Shown: positions 9,546-18,250, numbered from the stretch's first letter. The stretch: 62,852 bases of DNA from Candidatus Omnitrophota bacterium (GCA_041652635.1 JBAZGW010000001.1:1-62852); one strand, 5' to 3'. Notes: generated by a model from the sequence alone, not told the origin. A program made the numbers and translations.

Positions 9546-9577
9546 TTTTATCACGAGTTTACAATAGGCAAATCGAG

Positions 9578-10252
9578 TTATTCGAATTGCCGAATATCAA
9601 AAAACCAATGTTTCCAGAAACTTTCTTTCAGCACAGGCTCGGCGCGCAAGATACGCAGCGGCCTGCTGAAGATCGGCCCATCAACCACCAGAGTATGGTA
9701 TTCTCCTTTCTCCCCGCAGGGACAGATCCCTTTCGCTTTCAGTTCCTCCGCCAGTTCCCTGTCCACATAACGGCCCAGGTATTCTTTTCCCATCAACTCC
9801 GAACGACAGCTGACGATCACCGCCTTAAACCCGGCGCCGCAGAATTCGCCTATCAGATCATCTACCGGGTTATTCCAGAGCGGCTCCAAGGGCGTGATAT
9901 TTATCTCCGAACAGACCCTCTCCACCCAGCTTTGATGATCAAGCAGATAGATATCGCCGAACACCATCTGCGAGGCATCGCCGCCGCGGACTTGCCGCAC
10001 CGCGGCCTTGAATTCTTCTTCATATTTTTGCATATCCGGGCTGACTTCCCACTGCACAAGCGGCATCCCGAGCAGATCCGCCTGCAGTTTCAACAACCGG
10101 CCTTCCAGCCCGTGGAAGCATCCCCGTCCGGATCCGCGGGAGATAAAATTCAGCAGAGTCTTGACGCTATAACCCTGTTTAAGAACGCGGTAAAGCGCCA
10201 GGCAGCCGTCCTTGCCGCCGCTCCAGGATGAGATAACTTTAACTCCGGGCAT
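9578..10252 (-). CDS. Dph6-related (MJ0570/DUF71 family) PP-loop ATP pyrophosphatase
   Basis: SWSGGKDGCLALY PP-loop and the C-terminal GEKGEYHTLVVDGP motif typical of the diphthine-ammonia-ligase-like family. Start trimmed to the ATG at 10252, preceded by AAGGAGG at 8-nt spacing. The track's 21-codon extension runs into the intergenic repeat. Confidence 0.7.
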   Translation of the reverse strand: MPGVKVISSWSGGKDGCLALYRVLKQGYSVKTLLNFISRGSGRGCFHGLEGRLLKLQADLLGMPLVQWEVSPDMQKYEEEFKAAVRQVRGGDASQMVFGDIYLLDHQSWVERVCSEINITPLEPLWNNPVDDLIGEFCGAGFKAVIVSCRSELMGKEYLGRYVDRELAEELKAKGICPCGEKGEYHTLVVDGPIFSRPLRILRAEPVLKESFWKHWFFDIRQFE

Positions 10253-10275
10253 AAATGAATCCTCCTTAAAAACAC

Positions 10276-10455
10276 AGGCAACGGTTACGGTAACGAAGCC
10301 GGGTTCCGGGGACACGATACTTAATCAAGCCGCGGGATTTTTCCGGTATCTTACGACACGGGATTAATTACTCGGTAACGGTTAGGGTAACGTCTTAAAA
10401 GCCGTAACCGTTACCCATAAGACGAAACGGGCATCGTAACCGATAAACGATAACC
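10276..10455. repeat. GGTAACG/CGTTACC-rich intergenic repeat, copy A
   Basis: Shares blocks with the reverse complement of copy B: a 20-bp block cggtaacggt[t/c]agggtaacg, a 17-bp identical block taaaagccgtaaccgtt and a 15-bp block cgaaacgggcatcgt. The fragment acggttacggtaacgaagcc at 10278-10300 matches copy C. Confidence 0.8.
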
Positions 10456-10460
10456 GGTTT

Positions 10461-11216
10461 TCATACCGGTAACGAACGGCTTTCTGCCAGACACACGGCA
10501 GACAGAACAAATAATTCGCTGATCTCGATGTTCGCGCCCAGAGTGTCCCCGGTGATACCGCCTATTTTTCTTGAAGACCAACTGCCGAACAGGAAGGTGA
10601 CGCCGAAGACTGCCGCCGATAAGATTATCCCTTCTCCGCCGAGCACAACTCCGGAGAGAAACAAAGCAACAACTGTGGATAAATATACGGTGCTTCTGCT
10701 GACAGAAGAAATAAACGCTTTTGCCTTGCCTTCAACGCGCGCGTAAGAAAAAAACGCCATAGCCGGGACCACGGACCAGCGGCTCAAAAGACACATCAAG
10801 AGCAAGGCGGCAGAGCGCGAACGCCCATCAAGTGCCGAGAGCAGGGCTGTTTTTAACAACAAGTCTCCGGCCAGGGCTATCGTCCCCATTGAGCCGATAT
10901 GAGGATCGCGCATCACCGCAAGAATATCCGGCCCGGATTTACCGCTGAAGAAACCGTCGGCTGTATCAGCCAAGCCGTCCAGATGCATACCTCCGGTCAG
11001 AAACGCGAGCGCTAACGTAACGGCAGCCGCCGAAAGCAATGCCGGGAATCCGCACAGAAAGAACAGTTTATCGAGACCGCAAAGCACTCCGCCCAAAAAC
11101 AACCCGGCTAACGGAAAGAATATCATTGACCGGGAGAGAGAGTCGCTGGCGCGGCTATCGCGGCCAGCCGGCAATATGCTCAAGAACCCCAGAGCGCCTA
11201 AAAATCCTTTAAACAT
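10461..11216 (-). CDS. cobS: adenosylcobinamide-GDP ribazoletransferase (cobalamin synthase)
   Basis: Polytopic, about 250 aa, with FLSILP near the N-terminus and GLADTADG/ITGD motifs typical of CobS. The ATG at 11216 overlaps the cobT stop (ATGTTTAA). Confidence 0.88.
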   Translation of the reverse strand: MFKGFLGALGFLSILPAGRDSRASDSLSRSMIFFPLAGLFLGGVLCGLDKLFFLCGFPALLSAAAVTLALAFLTGGMHLDGLADTADGFFSGKSGPDILAVMRDPHIGSMGTIALAGDLLLKTALLSALDGRSRSAALLLMCLLSRWSVVPAMAFFSYARVEGKAKAFISSVSRSTVYLSTVVALFLSGVVLGGEGIILSAAVFGVTFLFGSWSSRKIGGITGDTLGANIEISELFVLSAVCLAESRSLPV

Positions 11217-12270
11217 CGCTCTTCTCCGATACACCGGCAGAACTAAAAGTGGCCATCCCGTTAAGCACTTTTACCGAAGCCTCCGCCAACCCCATAGCCA
11301 GGGCCGCGCCGGTCCCTTCCCCCAGGCGCATTCCCAGATCAAGAAGAGGTTCGATACCGATCTGCTTTAAGATCGCGCTATGGCCGTTTTCCACTGATTT
11401 ATGCGCGGCGATCATATACGCGGCGCTTTTCGGCTCTATACGAAAAGCCAGCAGTGCCGCGGCCCCGGAAATAAAACCGTCGATGAATACCGGCACCCTG
11501 CGCCTGGAGGCGGCAAGAATGACCCCCGCCAGCCCGCCTATTTCCAGACCGCCGACTTTTGCCAGCACATCCAGTGGATCGCAGGGATCCGGGGCGTTAA
11601 CGGCGATCGCCTTCTTTATTACCCCGATCTTCCTCTGCAGTCCTTTTTCGTCCAGCCCGGCGCCGCGGCCGGTAACTTTCTCCACCGCCAAACCGGTAAG
11701 CACCGCGGTGATCGCGCTGGAAGCCGTGGTATTTCCTATACCCATTTCCCCGGTGCCGGCAAGATCGACCCCGCGCTTATATTCATCCTCAAAAAGTTCA
11801 ATGCCGTAAGAAAGCGATCTGACGGCCTCGTCCCGGCTCATTGCCCGCCCTTTGACCATATTCTCCGTGCCGTATTTTATTTTCTTTGCCGCCAGCCCCG
11901 CCGCCGGTCTTAAGTCGCAGGCAACGCCGAAATCGGCCACCACTACCCGCGCTCCGCTATGCGCGGCCAGCACATTGATAGCCGCCCCGCCGGTCAGAAA
12001 GTTATGCACCATCTGGGCGGTCACTTCTTTTGGATAAGGGCTGATCCCTTCCGCGGTCACTCCGTGATCGGCCGCCAGGGTGAAAATAACCTTATTCCTG
12101 AATAACGGATCAAGCCTGCCGGTTATCCCGCAAAGCCGCACGGCCAGATCCTCCAGCCTTCCCAGACTGCCTAACGGTTTGGTGAGCGAATCCATCCTGC
12201 GTTTCGCCGCCCCGGTAATTTCCGAATCCGGCGGACTTATAGCTTTAATAGTCTCCTCGATTAATTTCAT
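11209..12270 (-). CDS. cobT: nicotinate-nucleotide--dimethylbenzimidazole phosphoribosyltransferase
   Basis: 353 aa with hallmark motifs GEMGIGNTT, LTKPLGSLGRLE and GEGTGA. Confidence 0.95.
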   Translation of the reverse strand: MKLIEETIKAISPPDSEITGAAKRRMDSLTKPLGSLGRLEDLAVRLCGITGRLDPLFRNKVIFTLAADHGVTAEGISPYPKEVTAQMVHNFLTGGAAINVLAAHSGARVVVADFGVACDLRPAAGLAAKKIKYGTENMVKGRAMSRDEAVRSLSYGIELFEDEYKRGVDLAGTGEMGIGNTTASSAITAVLTGLAVEKVTGRGAGLDEKGLQRKIGVIKKAIAVNAPDPCDPLDVLAKVGGLEIGGLAGVILAASRRRVPVFIDGFISGAAALLAFRIEPKSAAYMIAAHKSVENGHSAILKQIGIEPLLDLGMRLGEGTGAALAMGLAEASVKVLNGMATFSSAGVSEKSDV

Positions 12271-12824
12271 TCCCGCTCCCTCGCAATCGATATTCCGCGC
12301 GTTCCGCCCGGCTTCAATCTAAGCGGGATGCCGGAAAATAAAAGATATACTTCATCGGCCGCCGCGGCGACAAGCTGGTTAACCCTGCCGGCAATATCAC
12401 GGAACACGCGCCCGAGAGTGTTCGACGGGACCAATCCCAGGCCGACCTCATTTGAAACGAACACCGTCCTGAATTTCGCTTTTTTTATTACACCCAATAC
12501 CTCTGAGAGCGTCCGGGAGATCTCAGCCTCGCTTTTCTTTGCCAGCAGAAGATTGGATACCCATAATGTCAGACAATCCACCACCACGCAATCGTGATCC
12601 TCCCCTGCCGCCGATAACGCGCGCAGGATATTCCGCGGCTCCTCGAATGTCTTCCAATGCTCCGGCCGCTGCCGCCGATGCCGGCGGATACGCCGGCGCA
12701 TTTCCACGTCCCCGCCTTCGGCGGTAGCAATAAACGCCACTCTCTTGTGTTTACGCGCCAGGCTGCAGGCAAAATTACTTTTACCGCTCCTCGCCCCGCC
12801 TAAAACCAGGATTATCTTCCCCAT
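12267..12824 (-). CDS. cobU: bifunctional adenosylcobinamide kinase / adenosylcobinamide-phosphate guanylyltransferase
   Basis: 185 aa with P-loop LVLGGARSGKS and the FIATA/VVDCLTLW/VSNEVG motifs of CobU/CobP. It overlaps cobT by 4 nt. Confidence 0.9.
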   Translation of the reverse strand: MGKIILVLGGARSGKSNFACSLARKHKRVAFIATAEGGDVEMRRRIRRHRRQRPEHWKTFEEPRNILRALSAAGEDHDCVVVDCLTLWVSNLLLAKKSEAEISRTLSEVLGVIKKAKFRTVFVSNEVGLGLVPSNTLGRVFRDIAGRVNQLVAAAADEVYLLFSGIPLRLKPGGTRGISIARERE

Positions 12825-12854
12825 AATAAAACCTTCCTATAGTAATCGTCTTTC

Positions 12855-12965
12855 GGATACGGTAACGATGCCCGTTTCGCTTATCGTCAAACGGTTACGG
12901 CTTTTACACGTTACCGTAACCTTAACCGATACGAGCTTCGTTACCCTGACCGTTACCGAATTACT
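12855..12965. repeat. GGTAACG/CGTTACC-rich intergenic repeat, copy B (inverted relative to copy A)
   Basis: See copy A. It contains the perfect hairpin ggttacgg-N13-ccgtaacc and a roughly 30-bp segment (reverse complement aagctcgtatcggttaaggttacggtaacg) shared with copy C. Confidence 0.8.
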
Positions 12966-13024
12966 TCGTGCCTCACGCATAGTCCTTCGTGTATTTCTCC
13001 AGAACCCAGCACCCGATCCTTATA

Positions 13025-13627
13025 CTATTTTAAATGTTCGGTGCAGTTGAATAATTTCAATTCCGCTTTCCCGCGTCTGTATTCCAGAAGGGTCACGCTG
13101 GTCGAATCCGGGATGTAACCCCAGAAATCCTTTTTCTTCAACAGCCGGGTCACTATCATACTGATCGCTCCTCCGTGGCAGACAACGGCGACGCACTTCC
13201 CTTTATTGGCGGAAGCGATCGAAGCGATCGCCCTGGTAACTCTGGAGCCGAACTTTCCAAGTTCTTCCCCCCGCGGTATACTGCAGCGGAAAGGGTCCGA
13301 AAGCCAGCGGGAATATACTTGCGGGTATTTCTTAAGGATCTGACGGTGCGTCAATCCTTCAAAGACCCCGAAATTTATCTCGCGCAGATCTTTGACTCTA
13401 TTAAGCTTCCTGCCGCCGAATGCGATGCCCGCGGTTTCCAGGGCGCGTTTCCTGTCGCTGGAATAAACTTCGTCGAACACGGGCATATTCAGCAGGCGCT
13501 CGCGCAGGCGCATCGCCTGTCTTCTGCCCTGCAGGCTCAACGGCACGTCCCTGCAGCCGCAATACTTCTTTTTTTTGTTCCATTCGGTAACGCCGTGGCG
13601 TATCAGGAATATCTTTACAGAAGACAT
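13025..13627 (-). CDS. cobC: histidine-phosphatase family protein, alpha-ribazole phosphatase by context
   Basis: LIRHGVTEWN (catalytic RHG) and VVCHGG (second His). It lies between btuD and cobU. Confidence 0.8.
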   Translation of the reverse strand: MSSVKIFLIRHGVTEWNKKKKYCGCRDVPLSLQGRRQAMRLRERLLNMPVFDEVYSSDRKRALETAGIAFGGRKLNRVKDLREINFGVFEGLTHRQILKKYPQVYSRWLSDPFRCSIPRGEELGKFGSRVTRAIASIASANKGKCVAVVCHGGAISMIVTRLLKKKDFWGYIPDSTSVTLLEYRRGKAELKLFNCTEHLK

Positions 13628-14415
13628 TATTTCTCCCCGGGGACAAGGACGATATTCGGTTTACCGCCTGACGGATCGGTTTTTACCAGCACGATCGTCT
13701 TATAAACGGCTTCTATATTATGGTAAGTCAGCACCTCTTCCGGAGTCCCCTCCCTGAAGATCTTTCCCTTATCCATCAGGGCTATACGCGCGCAGTAAGC
13801 CCCGGCAAGATTGAGATCGTGCAGGACCATCACCACGGTCAGATTATTGCGCCTGTTCAGGCGTTTCAAGAGGTCCATCACCTGCACCTGATGCCCGATA
13901 TCGAGGTGAGCGGTGGGCTCATCGAGAAAAAGCAGCCGCGGTTCCTGCGCCAGCGCCATCGCAATAGTTACCCTCTGCCGCTCGCCTGCGCTAAGTTCAT
14001 CCAGATATTTATCTTTGAACTCCAGGGTTCCGGTCAACTCAAGCGCTTCCTCGGCTATGCGCAGATCGCGACTACTCTCCCGCTGCAGGCGGCCCAGATG
14101 GGGGATCCTGCCCATCAACGCCATTTCCATCACGGTAAAAGAAAAACCCGGCGGCAGGTCGCGGGAAACAAAAGCGGTTTCCCGGCAAAACTCTTTGAGC
14201 CCTATATCGCGTAGATCCTTCCCCATAAAACAGACCTTACCCCGGCGCGGAACAAGCAGGCGCGTGCAAAAACGCAGCAGCGTGGTCTTGCCTGAACCGT
14301 TCGGACCGATCAATCCCAGGAAGCCTCCCTCTTCGACGCGCAAAGAGATATTGTCCAGCACATCGACGCCGCGGTATCCGCCGCTCAAATCCACCGTCTC
14401 CAGCATCGTCTTCAT
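13627..14415 (-). CDS. btuD: ABC transporter ATP-binding protein, BtuD/FecE type
   Basis: Walker A GPNGSGKTT, signature LSAGERQRV, Walker B LLFLDEPTAHLD. It overlaps btuC by 4 nt. Confidence 0.85.
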   Translation of the reverse strand: MKTMLETVDLSGGYRGVDVLDNISLRVEEGGFLGLIGPNGSGKTTLLRFCTRLLVPRRGKVCFMGKDLRDIGLKEFCRETAFVSRDLPPGFSFTVMEMALMGRIPHLGRLQRESSRDLRIAEEALELTGTLEFKDKYLDELSAGERQRVTIAMALAQEPRLLFLDEPTAHLDIGHQVQVMDLLKRLNRRNNLTVVMVLHDLNLAGAYCARIALMDKGKIFREGTPEEVLTYHNIEAVYKTIVLVKTDPSGGKPNIVLVPGEK

Positions 14416-15368
14416 AGCGCCCTCCGGCTGCGTTTCAGCAGGACGATGAAAACCGGGGCGCCGATTATCGCCGTGATCACACCGGCGGGGACCTCAAGCG
14501 GAGAAAAAAGCGTGCGTGAGACGATATCGCAGACCACCATAAATATCGCGGCGGAAATACAAGTAAGCGGTATCAAACGTTTATGGTCCGGCCCTGCCAG
14601 CAGGCGCATCATATGCGGCACGATCAACCCCACAAAACCGATGATGCCGCAGACGCAGACCAGGCCGGCGGTGATCAACGCGCTCACCAATATCAAAAGT
14701 TTCTTGATCTTATCGGCGTCGATCCCGAGATGCATCGATTCCTCTTCGCCGATGCTGAGGGCGTTCAGATCCTGGGAGAAAAAATAGATCGCGCAGATGC
14801 CGGCGATCACCGGAAAAGAAACAACGGCAAGCAGTTTCGGGTCGTAAACCTGCAGACTGCCCCACAGCCACCAGGTCATTTCATGCATTACCTTCTCTCC
14901 CGAGAGAGAAACAAGAAAAACAATTACCGCCGAAAAAGCCACGGAAACAATAACACCGGAAAGTATCAGTGATTTCTCCTGCACGCGTCCGGCGCCGCAG
15001 GCCAGCAGATATACCAGGATTATACTGGCAACGGCCCCGCAAAAAGCGTATAAAGGCAGGTAGAGCCTGGAGATCCCGCAGACCAGAGCGATGACCGCGG
15101 CCAATCCGGCGCCGCTCGACGTGCCTAAAAGATACGGCTCCGCCAAAGGATTACGCAGGATAGCCTGCAGGGCGATACCGGATACGGCCAGTCCGCTTCC
15201 GGCCAGCACGGCGGTCAGCACCCTTAAAAGGCGCATATTCAGGATGACCCGGTTTTGCGCGGAGAGCAATTCCGCCGGAGATATGCGCACCGGGCCGCAG
15301 GCAATTCCCACGGCTATCACCGCAAGGAGCAAAAAGAACAAAATAAAGACTTTTATACCGGTGCGCAT
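14412..15368 (-). CDS. btuC: FecCD/BtuC-family ABC permease
   Basis: Polytopic FecCD-type sequence (...NPLAEPYLLGTSSGAGLAAV..., ...GIIGFVGLIVPHMMRLL...). Start trimmed to the ATG at 15368, 4 nt after the btuF stop. Confidence 0.85.
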   Translation of the reverse strand: MRTGIKVFILFFLLLAVIAVGIACGPVRISPAELLSAQNRVILNMRLLRVLTAVLAGSGLAVSGIALQAILRNPLAEPYLLGTSSGAGLAAVIALVCGISRLYLPLYAFCGAVASIILVYLLACGAGRVQEKSLILSGVIVSVAFSAVIVFLVSLSGEKVMHEMTWWLWGSLQVYDPKLLAVVSFPVIAGICAIYFFSQDLNALSIGEEESMHLGIDADKIKKLLILVSALITAGLVCVCGIIGFVGLIVPHMMRLLAGPDHKRLIPLTCISAAIFMVVCDIVSRTLFSPLEVPAGVITAIIGAPVFIVLLKRSRRAL

Positions 15369-15372
15369 AGGT

Positions 15373-16290
15373 CTACCCGCCGTTTTGCCGGACAGAATAC
15401 ATCCTTTTATACAATTCTCTGACACCTTCCGCCACCCGCGGCCCTGGCCGCAGCAGCAGATCGGGGTTTATATCGTTGAAAACCCGTTTATTCTTTACCG
15501 CTTTGATCTCCCGCCAGCCGAACCTTGTGCCTAACAGCTTCAAAGCGTTCTCGTTATCCATATATGCCAGAATTATACAATCCGGATCTAAAGCGACTAC
15601 CTTTTCAGCGCTGAAGTTAGAGTAAGGCCTGGGGACGTTATGCGCCACGTTGATCCCTCCGGCAAGGCCGACCAGTTCATCCACGAACGACCCCCGACCC
15701 GCCGTCATCAAAGGTTCATGCCATATCTCCAGAAAAACCCTCACTCTTTCACTGGCGGGAATAGCGGACGCTTCAACTGCCACTGCGGCGACGGCGGCGC
15801 GTATATTACCGATCAGCTCTTTACCGGGGCGTTCTTTTTTCGTGATAAGCGAGATATCCTTGATAGTCGCCAATAATTGTTCCATATTCGCCGGATCGGC
15901 GCAATAAACACGAAATCCCAGGTCTTTAAGCCGTTCGATAGCCGGGGCCTGCTCAAGTCCGGTACAGAAAATATAATCCGGCTTCAACGCGGAGATGACT
16001 TCCAGATTGGGATGGCTGAAGTCCCCCACTCTGGCTTTGGCCGCCGCCCGCGGCGGGTAATTACAATAGGAACTAACACCCACGATCTCATCTTCCAGAC
16101 CGAGCGCGAAAAGGATCTCCGTGGTCGAAGGCGCCAGGGAGATATACCTGGCGCTGCCGGACGAATTATCGTAACAGGATCCGGCTGCCGGTAAAAAGAC
16201 AGTCCACAGTCCATAAACCATAGCCCATAGCCAATATTTTAGAAGCCGGTTCTGGGTTTTAGGTTCCGGGCTCCGGAAAAACCAATCCAT
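15373..16290 (-). CDS. btuF: periplasmic corrinoid/siderophore-binding protein, BtuF-like (probable lipoprotein)
   Basis: Class III substrate-binding-protein pattern (ISLAPSTTEILFALG, KPDYIFC, DPDCIIL) with signal/lipobox-like ...LPAAGSC. The ATG at 16290 is preceded by AAGGTGG at 8 nt. Confidence 0.8.
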   Translation of the reverse strand: MDWFFRSPEPKTQNRLLKYWLWAMVYGLWTVFLPAAGSCYDNSSGSARYISLAPSTTEILFALGLEDEIVGVSSYCNYPPRAAAKARVGDFSHPNLEVISALKPDYIFCTGLEQAPAIERLKDLGFRVYCADPANMEQLLATIKDISLITKKERPGKELIGNIRAAVAAVAVEASAIPASERVRVFLEIWHEPLMTAGRGSFVDELVGLAGGINVAHNVPRPYSNFSAEKVVALDPDCIILAYMDNENALKLLGTRFGWREIKAVKNKRVFNDINPDLLLRPGPRVAEGVRELYKRMYSVRQNGG

Positions 16291-16349
16291 AATAACCGCC
16301 ACCTTAATCATTACTCTGCATCAATACTATCTTTTATCCGCCTTCGGCA

Positions 16350-16389
16350 TATAAAACAAAACCCGCCATGTCGAATTTCTATGGCGGGT
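16350..16389 (-). terminator. riboswitch expression-platform terminator
   Basis: The minus strand reads ACCCGCCAUagaaauucgacAUGGCGGGUuuuguuuuau: a 9-bp stem followed by a U-rich tract, located between the B12 box and btuF. Confidence 0.75.
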
Positions 16390-16437
16390 CGCACCCAAAT
16401 AATTCACTTGGCCCATTCCACGAGGCATTAACTTCTT

Positions 16438-16612
16438 TTATACAGGCAGGTCTTCTGGCTCCCCCGTCTTTTTAACACGCCTTCCCGTTCCTTACATCAC
16501 AGCGACAGTGGCTTTTTTCGTTAAAAAGTTCCCTTTTCTTCAAAAGGGCGGGGCTACAGCGGCGGGACCGCATCCGATTTTACGGATTTCCCTTAACCTG
16601 TATCCTAATTGT
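16438..16612 (-). promoter_or_regulatory. cobalamin riboswitch (canonical long form) controlling btuFCD-cobC(-cobUTS)
   Basis: The minus-strand RNA carries GGUUAAGGGAAAUCCGUAAAAUCGGAUGCGGUCCCGCCGCUGUA, the conserved GCCACUG and GGGAAGGC elements, and a textbook B12 box, GAGCCAGAAGACCUGCCUG (plus strand 16443-16461). Confidence 0.92.
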
Positions 16613-16619
16613 CTTTCTT

Positions 16620-16648
16620 TTTATACTCCTGCCGGCCAAACTTGTCAA
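16620..16648 (-). promoter_or_regulatory. sigma70-type promoter for the riboswitch-led corrinoid operon
   Basis: Minus strand TTGACA (16648-16643), a 17-nt spacer, then TATAAA (25-20). It lies immediately 5' of the riboswitch. Confidence 0.6.
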
Positions 16649-16680
16649 ACTATTTTTAGGGAGGCCGCGGAAGCCGCAGT

Positions 16681-17082
16681 TCATTCCCGGCCGGAATTTA
16701 GGCCGGCTTGGATATTCTTGCCTACCCCCTTGATTATCTCCGCCACATAGGCATCTTTTTTTCCAAGTTTAGCGTAACAACGCGCGATCAATATATTTAT
16801 CTCCCCGCCCTGCTCATCGAATTGCTGCGCTTTTCTTAATTCCCCCAAGGCAAGCCGGAATCGATCCCGCTTATAATAACGTTCGGCACGCTGTAAATGC
16901 GCGCTATACGGAAGGTATAAAACCTTTTCCTTGATCACTTGCCCATATAACGTCAGGAACTCGGCATAACGGATACGCATTTTATAGGGCATAAGCACGC
17001 CTATCGCCAAAAGCAGGAAATAAGCCGCCTTGGCTAAACTATAACGTGAATATTCCAGGGCAACCCAGCCCTTAATCCTCAT
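16681..17082 (-). CDS. single-pass membrane protein with TPR-like repeat (last gene of the maturation operon)
   Basis: 133 aa with a TM helix (AAYFLLLAIGVLM) and TPR-like helices (RAERYYKRDRFRLALGELRKAQQFD...ILIARCYAKLGKKDAY). Its start overlaps the upstream gene by 11 nt. Confidence 0.5.
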   Translation of the reverse strand: MRIKGWVALEYSRYSLAKAAYFLLLAIGVLMPYKMRIRYAEFLTLYGQVIKEKVLYLPYSAHLQRAERYYKRDRFRLALGELRKAQQFDEQGGEINILIARCYAKLGKKDAYVAEIIKGVGKNIQAGLNSGRE

Positions 17083-18220
17083 AGAGTCTCCCTGTGGAAT
17101 AATTACGGACCTTCCCTTTTAAATAATCTTCCACTCGGGAAAGGAGAAAATCCCTTTTCCTGCGGTGAAAGGCGAACATCTTTTTTTCATATTCCCCCTG
17201 CGCCAGGAGCGTGTTGTGTTTATAAAACACAAACCGGCTGTAATCCTGATAATCGAGGCACAGGCACTCTTGCGTGCAGGACGGCTGGATCTTCCAGGTA
17301 TCCTCCGTCCATTTTATATCTTTACGTTCAGATATTCCCAAGGCATAAAGGTTATCCTCGCGTTCTTCCCTGCTTTTATGATACACCGGATAGCGCAGGT
17401 CAATCCCGAATTTTTGATAAAGTTTCTTCATCTCGCCGATTATCCGTTCATTCTGCGAGGGATCGCTCATCTCAATATTGGAGCCGTCATAAGCCGTTTT
17501 GACCTTATTATCCAGGCAATAAAGTATCGTGCACCAATGCATGGCTAACTTACATAATCCGCAGGTAAGCAGCAAAATAAGCCCGTGCCGGAAAAGGTCC
17601 CGGGCATACTCGCGGTAACAGATCTCCCTGTAAAATTCGTCGATCCTGATAAATGTGTGGCTAAAATCATTATCCTTGAACAAATCCCGCAATTTTCCGG
17701 CGTTCACGGAAGAACCTTGCATACCGTAGAACCCCAATCTATCGTATGTGATAAGGCGTATAGCCTCGTAGTCTCGGGCGGCGCAAATGGCCGTGTTCGT
17801 GGAATCGGTCCCTCCGGAGAAAAGCACCACGGCGCTTTTACCTGCGCTGACCGCAGGACAAACGCGGAAAGGCATAACTAAAGACTGGGCGGATAACCGC
17901 CGCTTCTTATCCCCGCGCAACAGGATCACCGCCAGAAAAACGATCATTAGGATATTGGAAAACAACAACCCCAGGGTTAATATCTTATCCGCGTGCTTAG
18001 ATAAATAACCCCTTGTTCGCTTCTTCCCCAGGGAAGGGAACAATTCCAATCGGTTGCTTTCATACAGCCAAACGACTACGGCTGAATTAAGGCCTAAGTT
18101 CCACCAGGGTTTAATCCTCAGCGCCAGGATCAACGTATAAACGCCCAGCGCGAGGCCAAAGGTAATGATAGCCGCCGGGGCGGTCTTTTTACGGCCGTTA
18201 TTCCTGCAAAAAACGCTCAT
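17072..18220 (-). CDS. membrane-anchored PP-loop ATP pyrophosphatase (adenine nucleotide alpha-hydrolase superfamily)
   Basis: About 3 N-terminal TM helices, then the PP-loop VVLFSGGTDSTNTA and a CGLCKLAMHWC cysteine motif. The ATG at 18220 is preceded by GAGAGG; the track start at 18226 is a TTG. Confidence 0.65.
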   Translation of the reverse strand: MSVFCRNNGRKKTAPAAIITFGLALGVYTLILALRIKPWWNLGLNSAVVVWLYESNRLELFPSLGKKRTRGYLSKHADKILTLGLLFSNILMIVFLAVILLRGDKKRRLSAQSLVMPFRVCPAVSAGKSAVVLFSGGTDSTNTAICAARDYEAIRLITYDRLGFYGMQGSSVNAGKLRDLFKDNDFSHTFIRIDEFYREICYREYARDLFRHGLILLLTCGLCKLAMHWCTILYCLDNKVKTAYDGSNIEMSDPSQNERIIGEMKKLYQKFGIDLRYPVYHKSREEREDNLYALGISERKDIKWTEDTWKIQPSCTQECLCLDYQDYSRFVFYKHNTLLAQGEYEKKMFAFHRRKRDFLLSRVEDYLKGKVRNYSTGRLYED

Positions 18221-18250
18221 TAGCAAACCTCTCTATCCGGTAATCTTTGC

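Noticed and set aside
9546-9577. A promoter for the btuB riboswitch (TTGCCT ... TGaTAAAAC).
   Set aside because: The spacing between the -35-like and -10-like hexamers is about 15 nt and both hexamers are weak. A promoter is plausible here, but the motif evidence is not strong enough to annotate one.
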